A DNA stretch of 64,000 nt from an uncultured Methanolobus sp. (GTDB lineage Archaea > Halobacteriota > Methanosarcinia > Methanosarcinales > Methanosarcinaceae): NCBI GenBank assembly GCA_963675495.1, contig OY776215.1, positions 640,001 to 704,000 on the forward strand, in the 5' to 3' direction. Shown here in pieces: positions 21,878-31,440 of this stretch. The stretch's first letter is position 1; each line of letters starts with the position of its first letter. A model generated the notes under the pieces. The model made no database searches, had not been told where the DNA came from, and saw only the letters and a list, made by a program, of their open reading frames with translations. Made by a program: the position numbers and the translations under genes.

Positions 21878-22507
21878 TTATTCCTGGTCCTTATTACTCT
21901 TTTTTCGTTGCATGCTTATAAGTACCAATATAACGAAGATTACCTGTGCAATTGTCACCCCTATCCCGTCAGCCAACAGATCATGCAAACTGGATGTACG
22001 GCCTGGCACAAATGATTGGTGAAATTCGTCTGTAATTCCATAGATCACACCAAGTAGCACCGCGAAGATGGCTGCATATTTCCGCAATATGGTGTTTTCA
22101 GAGTTTCGGAACGTAAGATGCAATAGTATACCAAGACCAAAATACAGGACCATATGGGCTAGTTTATCGACATTTTCATACGCATACTTCGCAATGTCGA
22201 TCAAAAAAACCAAATCCATATCTTTGGCTATCTCCGCAAACTCATACAAAATTGGCATATTGAATACCGCGGAAGGAACACTTATGTCAGACTGGGAAGA
22301 TAAATAAAATATGAATCCTGCATATAGTATTGTAATTATAATGAAAACGTTCTTCCTGATCTTACTGTAATCAGATGAAACTATGTAGGAAGCAAGATTG
22401 AGCAGCGACTGCAAAACATAGAGAACATGAAGAGCTAAATAAGCAACATGCCTGTTTTTCATTGGATTACACATAAAATATTGCCTGTTTTTCATAGGAT
22501 TACGCAA
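21878..22507 (-). CDS. VanZ-family membrane protein (true start uncertain)
   Basis: IFYLSS, DKLAHMVLYFGLG, YGITDEFHQSFVPGRTSSLHDLLADGIG. Confidence 0.88.
   Translation of the reverse strand: MRNPMKNRQYFMCNPMKNRHVAYLALHVLYVLQSLLNLASYIVSSDYSKIRKNVFIIITILYAGFIFYLSSQSDISVPSAVFNMPILYEFAEIAKDMDLVFLIDIAKYAYENVDKLAHMVLYFGLGILLHLTFRNSENTILRKYAAIFAVLLGVIYGITDEFHQSFVPGRTSSLHDLLADGIGVTIAQVIFVILVLISMQRKKSNKDQE
22449..22506. repeat. 33-bp-period tandem duplication at the vanZ 5' end
   Basis: TGCCTGTTTTTCAT(T/A)GGATTAC(A/G)CA at 22449 and 22482, giving NPMKNR twice in the ORF. Confidence 0.75.
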
Positions 22508-22544
22508 TTATCTTGCTTGTTAGATGATTGCAAGGTTAAAATAT

Positions 22545-23456
22545 TTATCTGCTAGTTAGGCCTATTACCTCTTCAAGGCCTTTGTAAAGCTCTACAACTG
22601 GCTTAAAGCCTATTCCCTTTGACTTTGATATATCGGAATAACTGTCCTTTATATCGCCTGGCATCGTATCTCTGAATTCGATATCCATGTCCTGGCCAAA
22701 TATATCCAGAATCATTTGTGCAAGTTCATTGATGCTCGTGACTTTGCCTGTACCTACGTTATAAACCTCACCGTTGTTCCCTTTACCATTAACCAGCAGC
22801 TGGATCATATTAACAACATCATGAGCTGAAACAAAATCCCTTGTCTGTGTACCGTCCCCAAAGACAATAGGAGGAAGATTGTCCCTTACGCGACTTATGA
22901 ATTTGGATATGACTCCAGAATAGGGGTTTGAGGGATCCTGCCTGGGGCTGTATATATTAAATGGTCTGATACAAACCGATGGCAGACCATAAGCCTTATT
23001 GTACATACAACAATACCTTTCACCGCAGAACTTGCTAGCTCCATACGGTGACATGGGGTTTTGAGGGTGTTTCTCATCAATAGGAAGATATTCAGGATTT
23101 CCATAAACAGCTGCTGAACTTATATAAATGAATCTTTCAATGTTACCGGCACGTGCACCTTCAAGCAGGTTGAGAGTTCCAAATACATTATTATCAGCAT
23201 CATATAGGGGATCATCCATAGACTTTGCCACGCTTATCTGGGCTGCTGTATGAATAATGACATCATGCTTGCTAGCCAATTCTTTTGCTGCAGGTGATCT
23301 GATATCTTCTTTTATAAAATCTACATTGTCAGGAAGTAAAGGTGTTTTTCCTGTTGAAAGGTTATCAAGAACCGTAAGCTCATAATCATCTTGCATCAGA
23401 TCCACAATATAACTTCCAACCTGGCCAATACCACCAGTAACAAGAACTTTTTTCAT
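22545..23456 (-). CDS. NAD-dependent epimerase/dehydratase (UDP-glucose/GlcNAc 4-epimerase-like SDR)
   Basis: TGGIGQVG, LDNLSTG, SSAAVYG, YGASK (YxxxK), GDGTQTRDFV. Confidence 0.92.
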   Translation of the reverse strand: MKKVLVTGGIGQVGSYIVDLMQDDYELTVLDNLSTGKTPLLPDNVDFIKEDIRSPAAKELASKHDVIIHTAAQISVAKSMDDPLYDADNNVFGTLNLLEGARAGNIERFIYISSAAVYGNPEYLPIDEKHPQNPMSPYGASKFCGERYCCMYNKAYGLPSVCIRPFNIYSPRQDPSNPYSGVISKFISRVRDNLPPIVFGDGTQTRDFVSAHDVVNMIQLLVNGKGNNGEVYNVGTGKVTSINELAQMILDIFGQDMDIEFRDTMPGDIKDSYSDISKSKGIGFKPVVELYKGLEEVIGLTSR

Positions 23457-23579
23457 GAATCTATGACTGTAAACTAAATATATTAAATTACCCTACACAA
23501 AAATAACAATTTATTGATAAAAAAAGAGATTCCCAGGTCCTGTATGAAAAATATTCGAACCTGGAAGACAACTTAGAAC

Positions 23580-23720
23580 CTAGGCCAAACCCTCGGAAAC
23601 ACTTTCAAAAGTAGCACGCTCCATACAATGAAGGGTGCAGAACATTTCTTCACGAGCAAAGCTCTCATAAACATATATAGGACTACCACACATTGCGCAT
23701 TCTTTCTCTACTAATTTCAT
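23580..23720 (-). CDS. Small zinc-finger-like protein, 46 aa (absent from the ORF track)
   Basis: MKLVEKECAMCGSPIYVYESFAREEMFCTLHCMERATFESVSEGLA*; CxxC...FCxxxC pattern; AGGTGG ribosome-binding site 4 nt before the ATG. Confidence 0.75.
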   Translation of the reverse strand: MKLVEKECAMCGSPIYVYESFAREEMFCTLHCMERATFESVSEGLA

Positions 23721-24057
23721 TGTACCACCTAAAATGCCTGACATAAGTAACACGTTGTGTACACATCAAAGCATTAGCTATCTATAACGACAATAACCCA
23801 ATTGTCATATTAAACTAGGAGGATACTACTATATAAATTTATGTCTGATGCTAAAAGTGATACTCATAATGATGAATTGAAAATAGCAACAATAAATCAG
23901 AAATATGAAATAAAAAAGGAGCTTGAATCTGGTATTGTATTTGAAAGAAATTAATACAATTTATATCCTGACAGCATTAAATACATATACAATTAAAATA
24001 TAGAGCAAATAGATTTTAAAAAAGAATCATATTCATATAAAACAGAGGATTTTAACT

Positions 24058-25038
24058 ATGCTGGATCTTGAATCACCATCAACACTAGTGGCCTTGGTCC
24101 TTGCAAGTAATTTTCTGGCGCCATTTCTAGCAACTTTTATTTCAATGCCATATTTCATTAAAAAGCTAACTGAAAGAGGTTTCATTGTCAGGGATTATTA
24201 CAAAAAAGAAATGACAATGATCCCGGATAGAGGTGGCATTGCCATTCTTCTTGTTGCCATGGTATGTTTTTCATTGAACACGCTGTTTTTCAAATTCTCT
24301 ACGACAAATTATGTTGCCCTCATAGTAATAGCCATGTTCGGGTTATTTGGAATATTGGATGATATGATAGATATTGGAAGAGTGACCAAACTTCTTCTTA
24401 TGTATTATTGCTCCTACCCATTGATACAGTATGCAACACATACTGCATTTACACTACCTAATGTTGGAAACATTGAACTTGGTATCCTGTACTTGCAATT
24501 TATCGTACCGACCTATGTTTTGGTGGCATCCAATCTTGTGAACATGCATTCTGGTTATAACGGTTTGGCCTCTGGGCTTTCCGTAATCGTGCTTTTATCA
24601 CTCATTATCAAATCAGTATTATTGGGAGATGTTGACCATATCATTGCAATTGTAAGCATAACAGGAGCAACTCTTGGTTACTACATGTATGATAAATATC
24701 CATCACAGATATTTTGGGGCAATGTGGGTTCACTTACCATAGGAGCTGCGATAGGAACCATCATAGTATTACAGGGATTCATCATAAGTGGTTTTATTAT
24801 GCTAATACCCCATACGGTGAACTTCCTTATGTATGCTTACTGGAGAGCAATGAAATTCCCTGAAGCAAAGTTTGGAAAGGAAAGAGAGGATGGAACTCTC
24901 GAAGTACCAAATCCACTTACTCTGAAATGGGTATTACCTTACTATCTCAGAATCACAGAAAAGCATGCCACATGGGCAATGTATGCCTTAACGGGCTTAT
25001 TCTGCTTGATGGGGATCTTTTTGCCGGGAAGAATATGA
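24058..25038 (+). CDS. UDP-GlcNAc:dolichyl-phosphate GlcNAc-1-phosphotransferase (AglH/MraY/GPT family)
   Basis: GILDD, NLVNMHSGYNGLASG, YPSQIFWGNVGSLTIG; multiple TM helices. Confidence 0.88.
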   Translation: MLDLESPSTLVALVLASNFLAPFLATFISMPYFIKKLTERGFIVRDYYKKEMTMIPDRGGIAILLVAMVCFSLNTLFFKFSTTNYVALIVIAMFGLFGILDDMIDIGRVTKLLLMYYCSYPLIQYATHTAFTLPNVGNIELGILYLQFIVPTYVLVASNLVNMHSGYNGLASGLSVIVLLSLIIKSVLLGDVDHIIAIVSITGATLGYYMYDKYPSQIFWGNVGSLTIGAAIGTIIVLQGFIISGFIMLIPHTVNFLMYAYWRAMKFPEAKFGKEREDGTLEVPNPLTLKWVLPYYLRITEKHATWAMYALTGLFCLMGIFLPGRI

Positions 25039-25067
25039 ATAATTGTTTTCCCAAACAAACCTTGTGA

Positions 25068-25766
25068 TCATAACATAAAACCATCTATTCCGGTTACGTA
25101 TTTAGAGTTTTTAGTAATCCTATAAGGAAAAATATCCGTTATTGAGCTTGCAAAAGCTTCGTGTTCTGAAGAATACTTGATCTCTACCACTACAGAATTA
25201 TCTTCAGTATGCTTCTCTAAAAAAGAATTACCGTTTTTCCTTAATTTGTAATATTGCAGATCAAAATCGATTGTTACCCTGAATTTACGATCGGACGACA
25301 AGAAATATTTGCGATTATAATGATTAAGGAGAGAAAAATTCATCTGACAAAGATATTCTTTCAGATTATCCGGTATATCTGAGCGCAGAAAAATCTCTTG
25401 TTGTTCTTTTAGTGAAAAATTGGAATCAAGAATAAAAGATTTAAGAGGAAATATCTTTTTACAGCTGACAAGATTTTTTTTGATCTTTAATTCAAGAACT
25501 GGTTTTTCTATTTTACCTAAAATATCCCCGTACCATCTGACCCTTACCTTTAAGCGATTACTCAATCCGTCAACATTATCAAAATAATGTTGCATTGAAG
25601 GAGTATCAAAATAAATATTATTCACAGAACGTAAAGGATATACCTCTGTGAACATAGCAGGATGACATTTTATAATAGATTCTACCTCATACCTGCTCAA
25701 ACCAGTGATCAACGATTTCTTTTCATACCGATACTCATCTGAAGCCAAAAGATCCTCAATTAACAC
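25068..25766 (-). CDS. VTC-domain (CYTH/triphosphate-tunnel) polyphosphate-polymerase-like protein
   Basis: RYEKK, VNNIYFDT, RLKVRVRWY, LELKIK, YNRKYF, RVTIDFDL, VVEIKY and SKY, the motif series of prokaryotic VTC proteins. Confidence 0.85.
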   Translation of the reverse strand: MLIEDLLASDEYRYEKKSLITGLSRYEVESIIKCHPAMFTEVYPLRSVNNIYFDTPSMQHYFDNVDGLSNRLKVRVRWYGDILGKIEKPVLELKIKKNLVSCKKIFPLKSFILDSNFSLKEQQEIFLRSDIPDNLKEYLCQMNFSLLNHYNRKYFLSSDRKFRVTIDFDLQYYKLRKNGNSFLEKHTEDNSVVVEIKYSSEHEAFASSITDIFPYRITKNSKYVTGIDGFML

Positions 25767-26856
25767 TCTTACCCCTCTTAAACAAATAAACTATCAGCAA
25801 GATTCCAAACATAAACCCAAAGGAAACGAAAACACCATATTTGAACCCTCCGCTTGAAATAATGGCTTTGAACTTATTGTATTTTACATGTTGAACAGTA
25901 GAATAATGATTTTCCCAGTATTCAACATCATATGTGGTTACATCTTCTTCTATATCCATATTTGTCAGAGATGTTGCTTTGAATTCTACATCCCCATCAC
26001 CTTTCACAAAGGCCTTGATAACAGCGTCACTACGTATATCACCCATAGCAGCTGAAATATAGGTTATATTCTCATGTTCCCTGTCCTCATGATAGAATAT
26101 GGGTAAGGAGTACCATTCAAATTTTTGGATTCCAGTATCTCCTGCAAGCATATATACATTCTTTACTTCTGAAAGACTTATAATTGCAGGCATAATGGTA
26201 TCTTTGAAATTTTCATCATAAGCAACATCTGTATTTTTGTATTCATCAAGAATACTGAGATCATCATTGTTCTTACTCCATAGAGTCTTGTGCATCATGA
26301 TGAAAACATTATCAATTTCCGGAGAATCCATTGTTTCATTTATAGAATTCATAAGGAAATCATATTGATCACCTGTTATTTCGCCCCATGTGAAATTACC
26401 ACTGTTCAATGCTATGTACTTATCAGAACCATAGGTGAATTCATAATAACGAGGAATTCCAAAATAATCATCATAAGACTCGTCTATTTGGTCGTGGTTT
26501 CCAATTACATTTACCAGAGGTTTTGTAACGTCTGTTGCTATAGAGGCCTGGAAATTCTCAATAAGGTGGGGATCTGTCCTTATGTAGTTATCACCAAGTA
26601 GTACCATAAAAGATGCATTGTCCTCGTTGAACATGTCAATGTTCGTTAAAAATGAACTGGCAGGATATGAAGAAAGAGATCCCGGTGAGCCATAGGGATG
26701 CCCGACAAAAAGGAACGAATAGTTTTGCGGACCTTCCGGCAAATAAAGGGGAACATCATTAATAGTATCATTAAAATATGCTGCTGAAGCTGTTGGACTT
26801 AAACAACATGCAATCAGCAAGAATAGTATCAATACACTTGAATATTTAGTTTTCAT
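25756..26856 (-). CDS. Secreted, C-terminally anchored calcineurin-like metallophosphoesterase
   Basis: Signal peptide (MKTK..ASA); VGHPYG, LLGD, GNHD, MMH and LAGD motifs; C-terminal TM plus KRGK. Start taken at ATG 26856 after GAGGGG. Confidence 0.75.
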   Translation of the reverse strand: MKTKYSSVLILFLLIACCLSPTASAAYFNDTINDVPLYLPEGPQNYSFLFVGHPYGSPGSLSSYPASSFLTNIDMFNEDNASFMVLLGDNYIRTDPHLIENFQASIATDVTKPLVNVIGNHDQIDESYDDYFGIPRYYEFTYGSDKYIALNSGNFTWGEITGDQYDFLMNSINETMDSPEIDNVFIMMHKTLWSKNNDDLSILDEYKNTDVAYDENFKDTIMPAIISLSEVKNVYMLAGDTGIQKFEWYSLPIFYHEDREHENITYISAAMGDIRSDAVIKAFVKGDGDVEFKATSLTNMDIEEDVTTYDVEYWENHYSTVQHVKYNKFKAIISSGGFKYGVFVSFGFMFGILLIVYLFKRGKSVN

Positions 26857-29506
26857 TGTACAACCCCTCATAAACATTTAAACTGTCTCCGTTTATTATT
26901 TTTGAATTCAATATCAGACTTGATCCGCTCTCGACAATATAAGGGATCCTTGTGTCTTCAATGAGAGTAAATTTGGCGTTTATAGCCCCTGGCCCAAATT
27001 CAGATTTTTTCTGAAAAGCAGTGAGCCCTACATCAGAAGAAGAAACGAGTGTGTTATCTATATAAACTGTTGAGAGGTCCTTGCTTGCTACGCCAACCGA
27101 GCTGTTCCTTATTTTGACGTAGTCAACCATCAAATTACTATTTTCTCCCCCACTGATACCTTTATCGCCTGCACCATCAACAATGCAGTCATGGATATAA
27201 ACGTCAGAACCTGAAAAATCCATAGCATCGTTCCCACAAGATATAAATGATGTGTGATGAATTTCACCAATCCCAAAATCATCATCAAGAGCATCGGACA
27301 AAGTATCCCGGAATGCAGAATTACTTATTACATATGGTGATCTGACAAGGTCCAGCATGTCATCTCCATAAGTATTGTTTGAAAAAATACACTCGTTAAT
27401 TTCAACTTCAGAATTGTAGAATGTTACAGCGCCACTTAATTGCCATGCGTTATACCTCGGTGCCGATAAATTACTGAAAATGACTCGATCTAATACAGAT
27501 TTTGATTCGGCATTCATGACAGCGAGACCAAAACCTGTAAGATCTGATGATGTGATGGTCACAGGATAATCTTCAGAGCCACAGAATTGTAAAGGAGAAT
27601 ATGAAATTATACTGGAATTGTTTTTCAGATCTAATACAGTAGGTTCATCACCATTGATTACAAATGTGAATCCTTCTGGTATTATAAGACTATCATTGAG
27701 TTCCCAGATGCCATTCTTTAGAATAATTCGTTTTCCTGATTCGTCAACATAAATAAAATCAAATGTATCGGCATTGGGACTTCTTCTAATAAAATCATTT
27801 TCAATGAAGTTATCAGAAACATGACTCCATGGATAGATCGATTCATTTCGTTTTACACTTTGTCCCAAAATACTGTACTCTAACACAAGCTCAGAAAGGA
27901 CATCATCAGACCATACAAGACCCTCGGGGAGGAAAAATTCGATATTTTCATATTTGACAACATCATTTGACTTTTTTCCTTCCAGAATTACTTCAGATGA
28001 TGGATACAGGACCATGTCCCCATATTTGACACCGTATACTTCCAGAGGAAATGCATGTGTGTTACCCAGTTCTAATGTAAATTTATTCGATGTGTTTGAA
28101 TAATAATGTGCATTCAGACATTTTACCGGATTCAATACATTCCGTATATATTCCTGATTATCAAAAAACACATTCGTTGAAAAATAGTAATAAGGATAAT
28201 CTTTATGGATTATAGATAAATTAGACTTTAACTCATCATCCAGATCAGTAAATATTTCTTCAAGGTAGGACTCATTTGAAACCCTTTCAAGTTCTGACAC
28301 ATACTTTTCAAAGAATACAGGATCTGTATAGATCATACTTTGATACGGTTCATTAAATTCACCAAGATTTGACATACCAAATAACCCATAATTACTTATT
28401 CTCTCACCTGAGTCACTGTCAAAACCTATCGGTTCTAGGCGAGAAGTTATTGGATTATAATAAAATCTTTGATTATGCCACCAGTTACCATGGGTCGCAC
28501 CCATCAGATCAGAAAGTGCCATAAAAGTTGCAAGTTTATCTACGTCAAAAACTTCACTTGTGCTCAAATTTCCTTCCCGGAATGACTCTAAAAGATCTTT
28601 TGCCTGGATGAATTGCCGGTATTTATCTGGATCTTCGATAACGCTGCTTGTCTGGAAAGTGTCAATATCACTTGAAAAATAACTTTCCACAAGATCATCT
28701 ATACCTTGAGTACGGCCAATCCAGAGATAGTCTTCATTGAAACTGATGATGGGACCTTCCCTGTAATATTCATTCTCTATTAACCGTTTATCAAAGTGCT
28801 CTTCCAGAGCGTATATGCCATTATTTTTTCCATTTACAACAACAGAAACGAAATAGTAACGTGGAGATATAATAGATTCCCTACCCAGTACTTCCTGATA
28901 TAGCCACTCATTCAGGAAAACACGAGTATTGGGGTTTTGAATTGAAAAAACTTTCATACCTAAAATGGTGTTGTCATCTTTAAGCTTAACTCGAAATGAC
29001 CATTTATCGCCCACAAGATGATCGACCCAGTCACCTTTCAATCTTATTTTCGCCTTTACCTCATAATCATTGAAACGTATAGTGGCTGGAACATAATCGT
29101 CATCATCTGTTATTAATATGCCCTGTTCAAGGGCTACTTCACGATTGTAGGCAAGTTTTTGAAAATCATTGTTTTTGATATCTATTGATATTGTTTCGGC
29201 ATTCGAGGATAAAGATGAGAAATAATTGACCGGAATTTGCACATTTTCATTAACAAGTCCTTTAGCCAAGAGCCTGGCATCATCGGGAGTCAAACCCATC
29301 TTTTCTATTGTCGATTTATATAATTTACTTGCACTGGGAGAAGGATTATCAAGTGTTCCAAGATACCCGGCTAAGACCATTCCTGAAAAAAAACTAATTA
29401 ATATGAATAAGGACAAAATAAGTACATAACTACTTTTTTTCTTCAACAGAACTAAAATACTCTGTCGTAAAACAGAGATTTTAGAATCTGGTTCTTTTAT
29501 TTTCAT
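26846..29506 (-). CDS. CotH-family atypical kinase with N-terminal TM anchor and C-terminal parallel beta-helix
   Basis: KIRLKGD, KWSFRVKL, VVVNGKNNGIYALEEHF, HNQRFYYNP..LEPIGFD. C-terminal beta-helix repeats (DALDDDF, DAMDFSGS, DKGISGGE). Confidence 0.82.
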   Translation of the reverse strand: MKIKEPDSKISVLRQSILVLLKKKSSYVLILSLFILISFFSGMVLAGYLGTLDNPSPSASKLYKSTIEKMGLTPDDARLLAKGLVNENVQIPVNYFSSLSSNAETISIDIKNNDFQKLAYNREVALEQGILITDDDDYVPATIRFNDYEVKAKIRLKGDWVDHLVGDKWSFRVKLKDDNTILGMKVFSIQNPNTRVFLNEWLYQEVLGRESIISPRYYFVSVVVNGKNNGIYALEEHFDKRLIENEYYREGPIISFNEDYLWIGRTQGIDDLVESYFSSDIDTFQTSSVIEDPDKYRQFIQAKDLLESFREGNLSTSEVFDVDKLATFMALSDLMGATHGNWWHNQRFYYNPITSRLEPIGFDSDSGERISNYGLFGMSNLGEFNEPYQSMIYTDPVFFEKYVSELERVSNESYLEEIFTDLDDELKSNLSIIHKDYPYYYFSTNVFFDNQEYIRNVLNPVKCLNAHYYSNTSNKFTLELGNTHAFPLEVYGVKYGDMVLYPSSEVILEGKKSNDVVKYENIEFFLPEGLVWSDDVLSELVLEYSILGQSVKRNESIYPWSHVSDNFIENDFIRRSPNADTFDFIYVDESGKRIILKNGIWELNDSLIIPEGFTFVINGDEPTVLDLKNNSSIISYSPLQFCGSEDYPVTITSSDLTGFGLAVMNAESKSVLDRVIFSNLSAPRYNAWQLSGAVTFYNSEVEINECIFSNNTYGDDMLDLVRSPYVISNSAFRDTLSDALDDDFGIGEIHHTSFISCGNDAMDFSGSDVYIHDCIVDGAGDKGISGGENSNLMVDYVKIRNSSVGVASKDLSTVYIDNTLVSSSDVGLTAFQKKSEFGPGAINAKFTLIEDTRIPYIVESGSSLILNSKIINGDSLNVYEGLYNEN

Positions 29507-29508
29507 TC

Positions 29509-30198
29509 TTAGATGATCCCCTTATTATCCAGGAAATGAACCCTAATTGACGCAGATATCTGTTTCATGTCGTTTTTAAGAGTAATTAGATCCTCTATTT
29601 TGTCTACATTTACATTGAATGTTGCTTCAAATATCTCATTGGATTCATCAAACCTTTTCAATTCAGCCGATGAACAATGTTCTAATATGACATTCTTAAC
29701 CATCGATAGCATATGGCTATCAGGTTTATAATCCGAAATGGTAAGGTGGAAATTTTGTTCAAGGATATTCTTTTTGGTAGCTTTTGATTTAATAATGATT
29801 ATAGCGATAATAAATAGAATCGTAATCGTAGTAATTAGTAGCTGGTCTGCACCAAGACCCAATCCCACTGCAATTACCAGGAATAAAAAGGCTAGCTCTT
29901 CAGGCTCTTTTATTGCAGTCCTAAAACGCACGATCGACAGGGCACCGACCAATCCTAATGAGAGAGCTAAAGAAGATTTTACTACTGTGATAATGAACAT
30001 TGTTGTCATTGCAATGAGCATAAAATTCTTAGCAAATGCCCTTCTGTTAGAAAGAGAAGTCCCGTAACGAATATATGCCTGGCTTAAAATAAATGCCAAA
30101 ATACCTGCCAGAAGAAGGTTGAATAAAAACCCATAAACCGGCACCTGATAACTTTGTGTTGATAAAAACTCATCAAAAGTAAGCGAACTGGTATCCAT
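29509..30198 (-). CDS. DUF4956-family membrane protein (MgtC-like TM domain plus C-terminal soluble domain)
   Basis: SSLALSLGLVGALSIVRFRTAIKEPEELAFLF..IAVGLG.G signature. Confidence 0.9.
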   Translation of the reverse strand: MDTSSLTFDEFLSTQSYQVPVYGFLFNLLLAGILAFILSQAYIRYGTSLSNRRAFAKNFMLIAMTTMFIITVVKSSLALSLGLVGALSIVRFRTAIKEPEELAFLFLVIAVGLGLGADQLLITTITILFIIAIIIIKSKATKKNILEQNFHLTISDYKPDSHMLSMVKNVILEHCSSAELKRFDESNEIFEATFNVNVDKIEDLITLKNDMKQISASIRVHFLDNKGII

Positions 30199-30528
30199 AA
30201 TTCTACCCCTTTAAATACAGTATATCGGAAGAAAATGAACACATAAAATTCATTTTTCCATTTTTCATTTTAATATCTCCAATAAGCACTATACGTTTAA
30301 TACTTAAATTTATTGGTAAATATTCATATAAACTCATTTTCCAGAAATTCTTTGATACTATTCACAAGACGGTCACGTAAATTATAGACCAAAGCTCGTA
30401 CCAGGTTTTAATATATTTAATTTAAATTATAAATACATATCCTTAAAAATAGTAATATACGTGTAATTTTTAATTAAGCCACATAAATAATAAATATAAT
30501 GCACACTTTAACAGTTCAGGGTATTTCC

Positions 30529-31176
30529 ATGAAAAAAAGAAACGTTCTTGCGATAGGTGCTCATCCAGATGACATTGAAATTGGATGTGGAGGAACAATA
30601 GCTAAGCACGTCATGAATAATGATAATATAATTATTCTTATTATGACTGATCCATTTTTCACAAACCATGATGGCACGATACTAAGAACAACAGAAGGTG
30701 GCAAGCAAGAAAGCATTGCAGGTGCTGAAATACTTGGTGCAAAGTTGATTCATCTTGATTTTGAGACGAAGAATGTGCCATACTCTTCAGAATCAATAGA
30801 AGCAATAAACAAGATCATAGACGATAATTCCATTGACACGATCTATACTCATTGGTACCATGATACACATCAGGATCATAAAAGGACTACACAGGCAACC
30901 ATGTCAGCAGCAAGATATGTTCCCAATCTATTGATGTATGAACCCGAGTATCCAGCAGGCCGGTCTCATGTCGGTTTCAGAAACCAGTATTATATAGATA
31001 TAACTGATACACTTGAAAAAAAAATGGAAGCTCTAAAACAGCATGAAAGTCAAGTTTCTAAATATGGAGACCATTTCCTGGATGCAGTTCAGGCAAGGGC
31101 ACAGCATAGAGGTTATGAGATAGGTGCTAAATATGCTGAGTGTTTTGAAATTGTCCGTATAAAAGGCGAAATATGA
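30529..31176 (+). CDS. PIG-L/LmbE-family N-deacetylase
   Basis: AHPDDIEIGCGGT, DTHQDH, AECF. Start taken at MKKRNVL. Confidence 0.92.
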   Translation: MKKRNVLAIGAHPDDIEIGCGGTIAKHVMNNDNIIILIMTDPFFTNHDGTILRTTEGGKQESIAGAEILGAKLIHLDFETKNVPYSSESIEAINKIIDDNSIDTIYTHWYHDTHQDHKRTTQATMSAARYVPNLLMYEPEYPAGRSHVGFRNQYYIDITDTLEKKMEALKQHESQVSKYGDHFLDAVQARAQHRGYEIGAKYAECFEIVRIKGEI

Positions 31177-31440
31177 GTGATATACTATATTTATCTTTTT
31201 ATGTAATGATGGTTAGCAGTCTTCAATATTGTCAAATATATTATGAATAAGATAAAAGATGATCATATGGACTATTTTGACAATAAAAATCATTCACAAT
31301 GTTTGTGTTGATTTGTTTTTCCAATTGCCTGTGTCAGGGATTGGATATTTACCTCATTTCAACAAATATGATAAACAACATTTATATAAAAATATGGACA
31401 AATAGATTTAGAGAAATAACCTATTAATTGCCCAAAAAAG

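Noticed and set aside
21878-22507. vanZ, and the FemAB-like genes elsewhere in the window, as antibiotic-resistance or peptidoglycan genes
   Set aside because: The host is an archaeon without murein, and these families commonly occur in EPS/exosortase loci.
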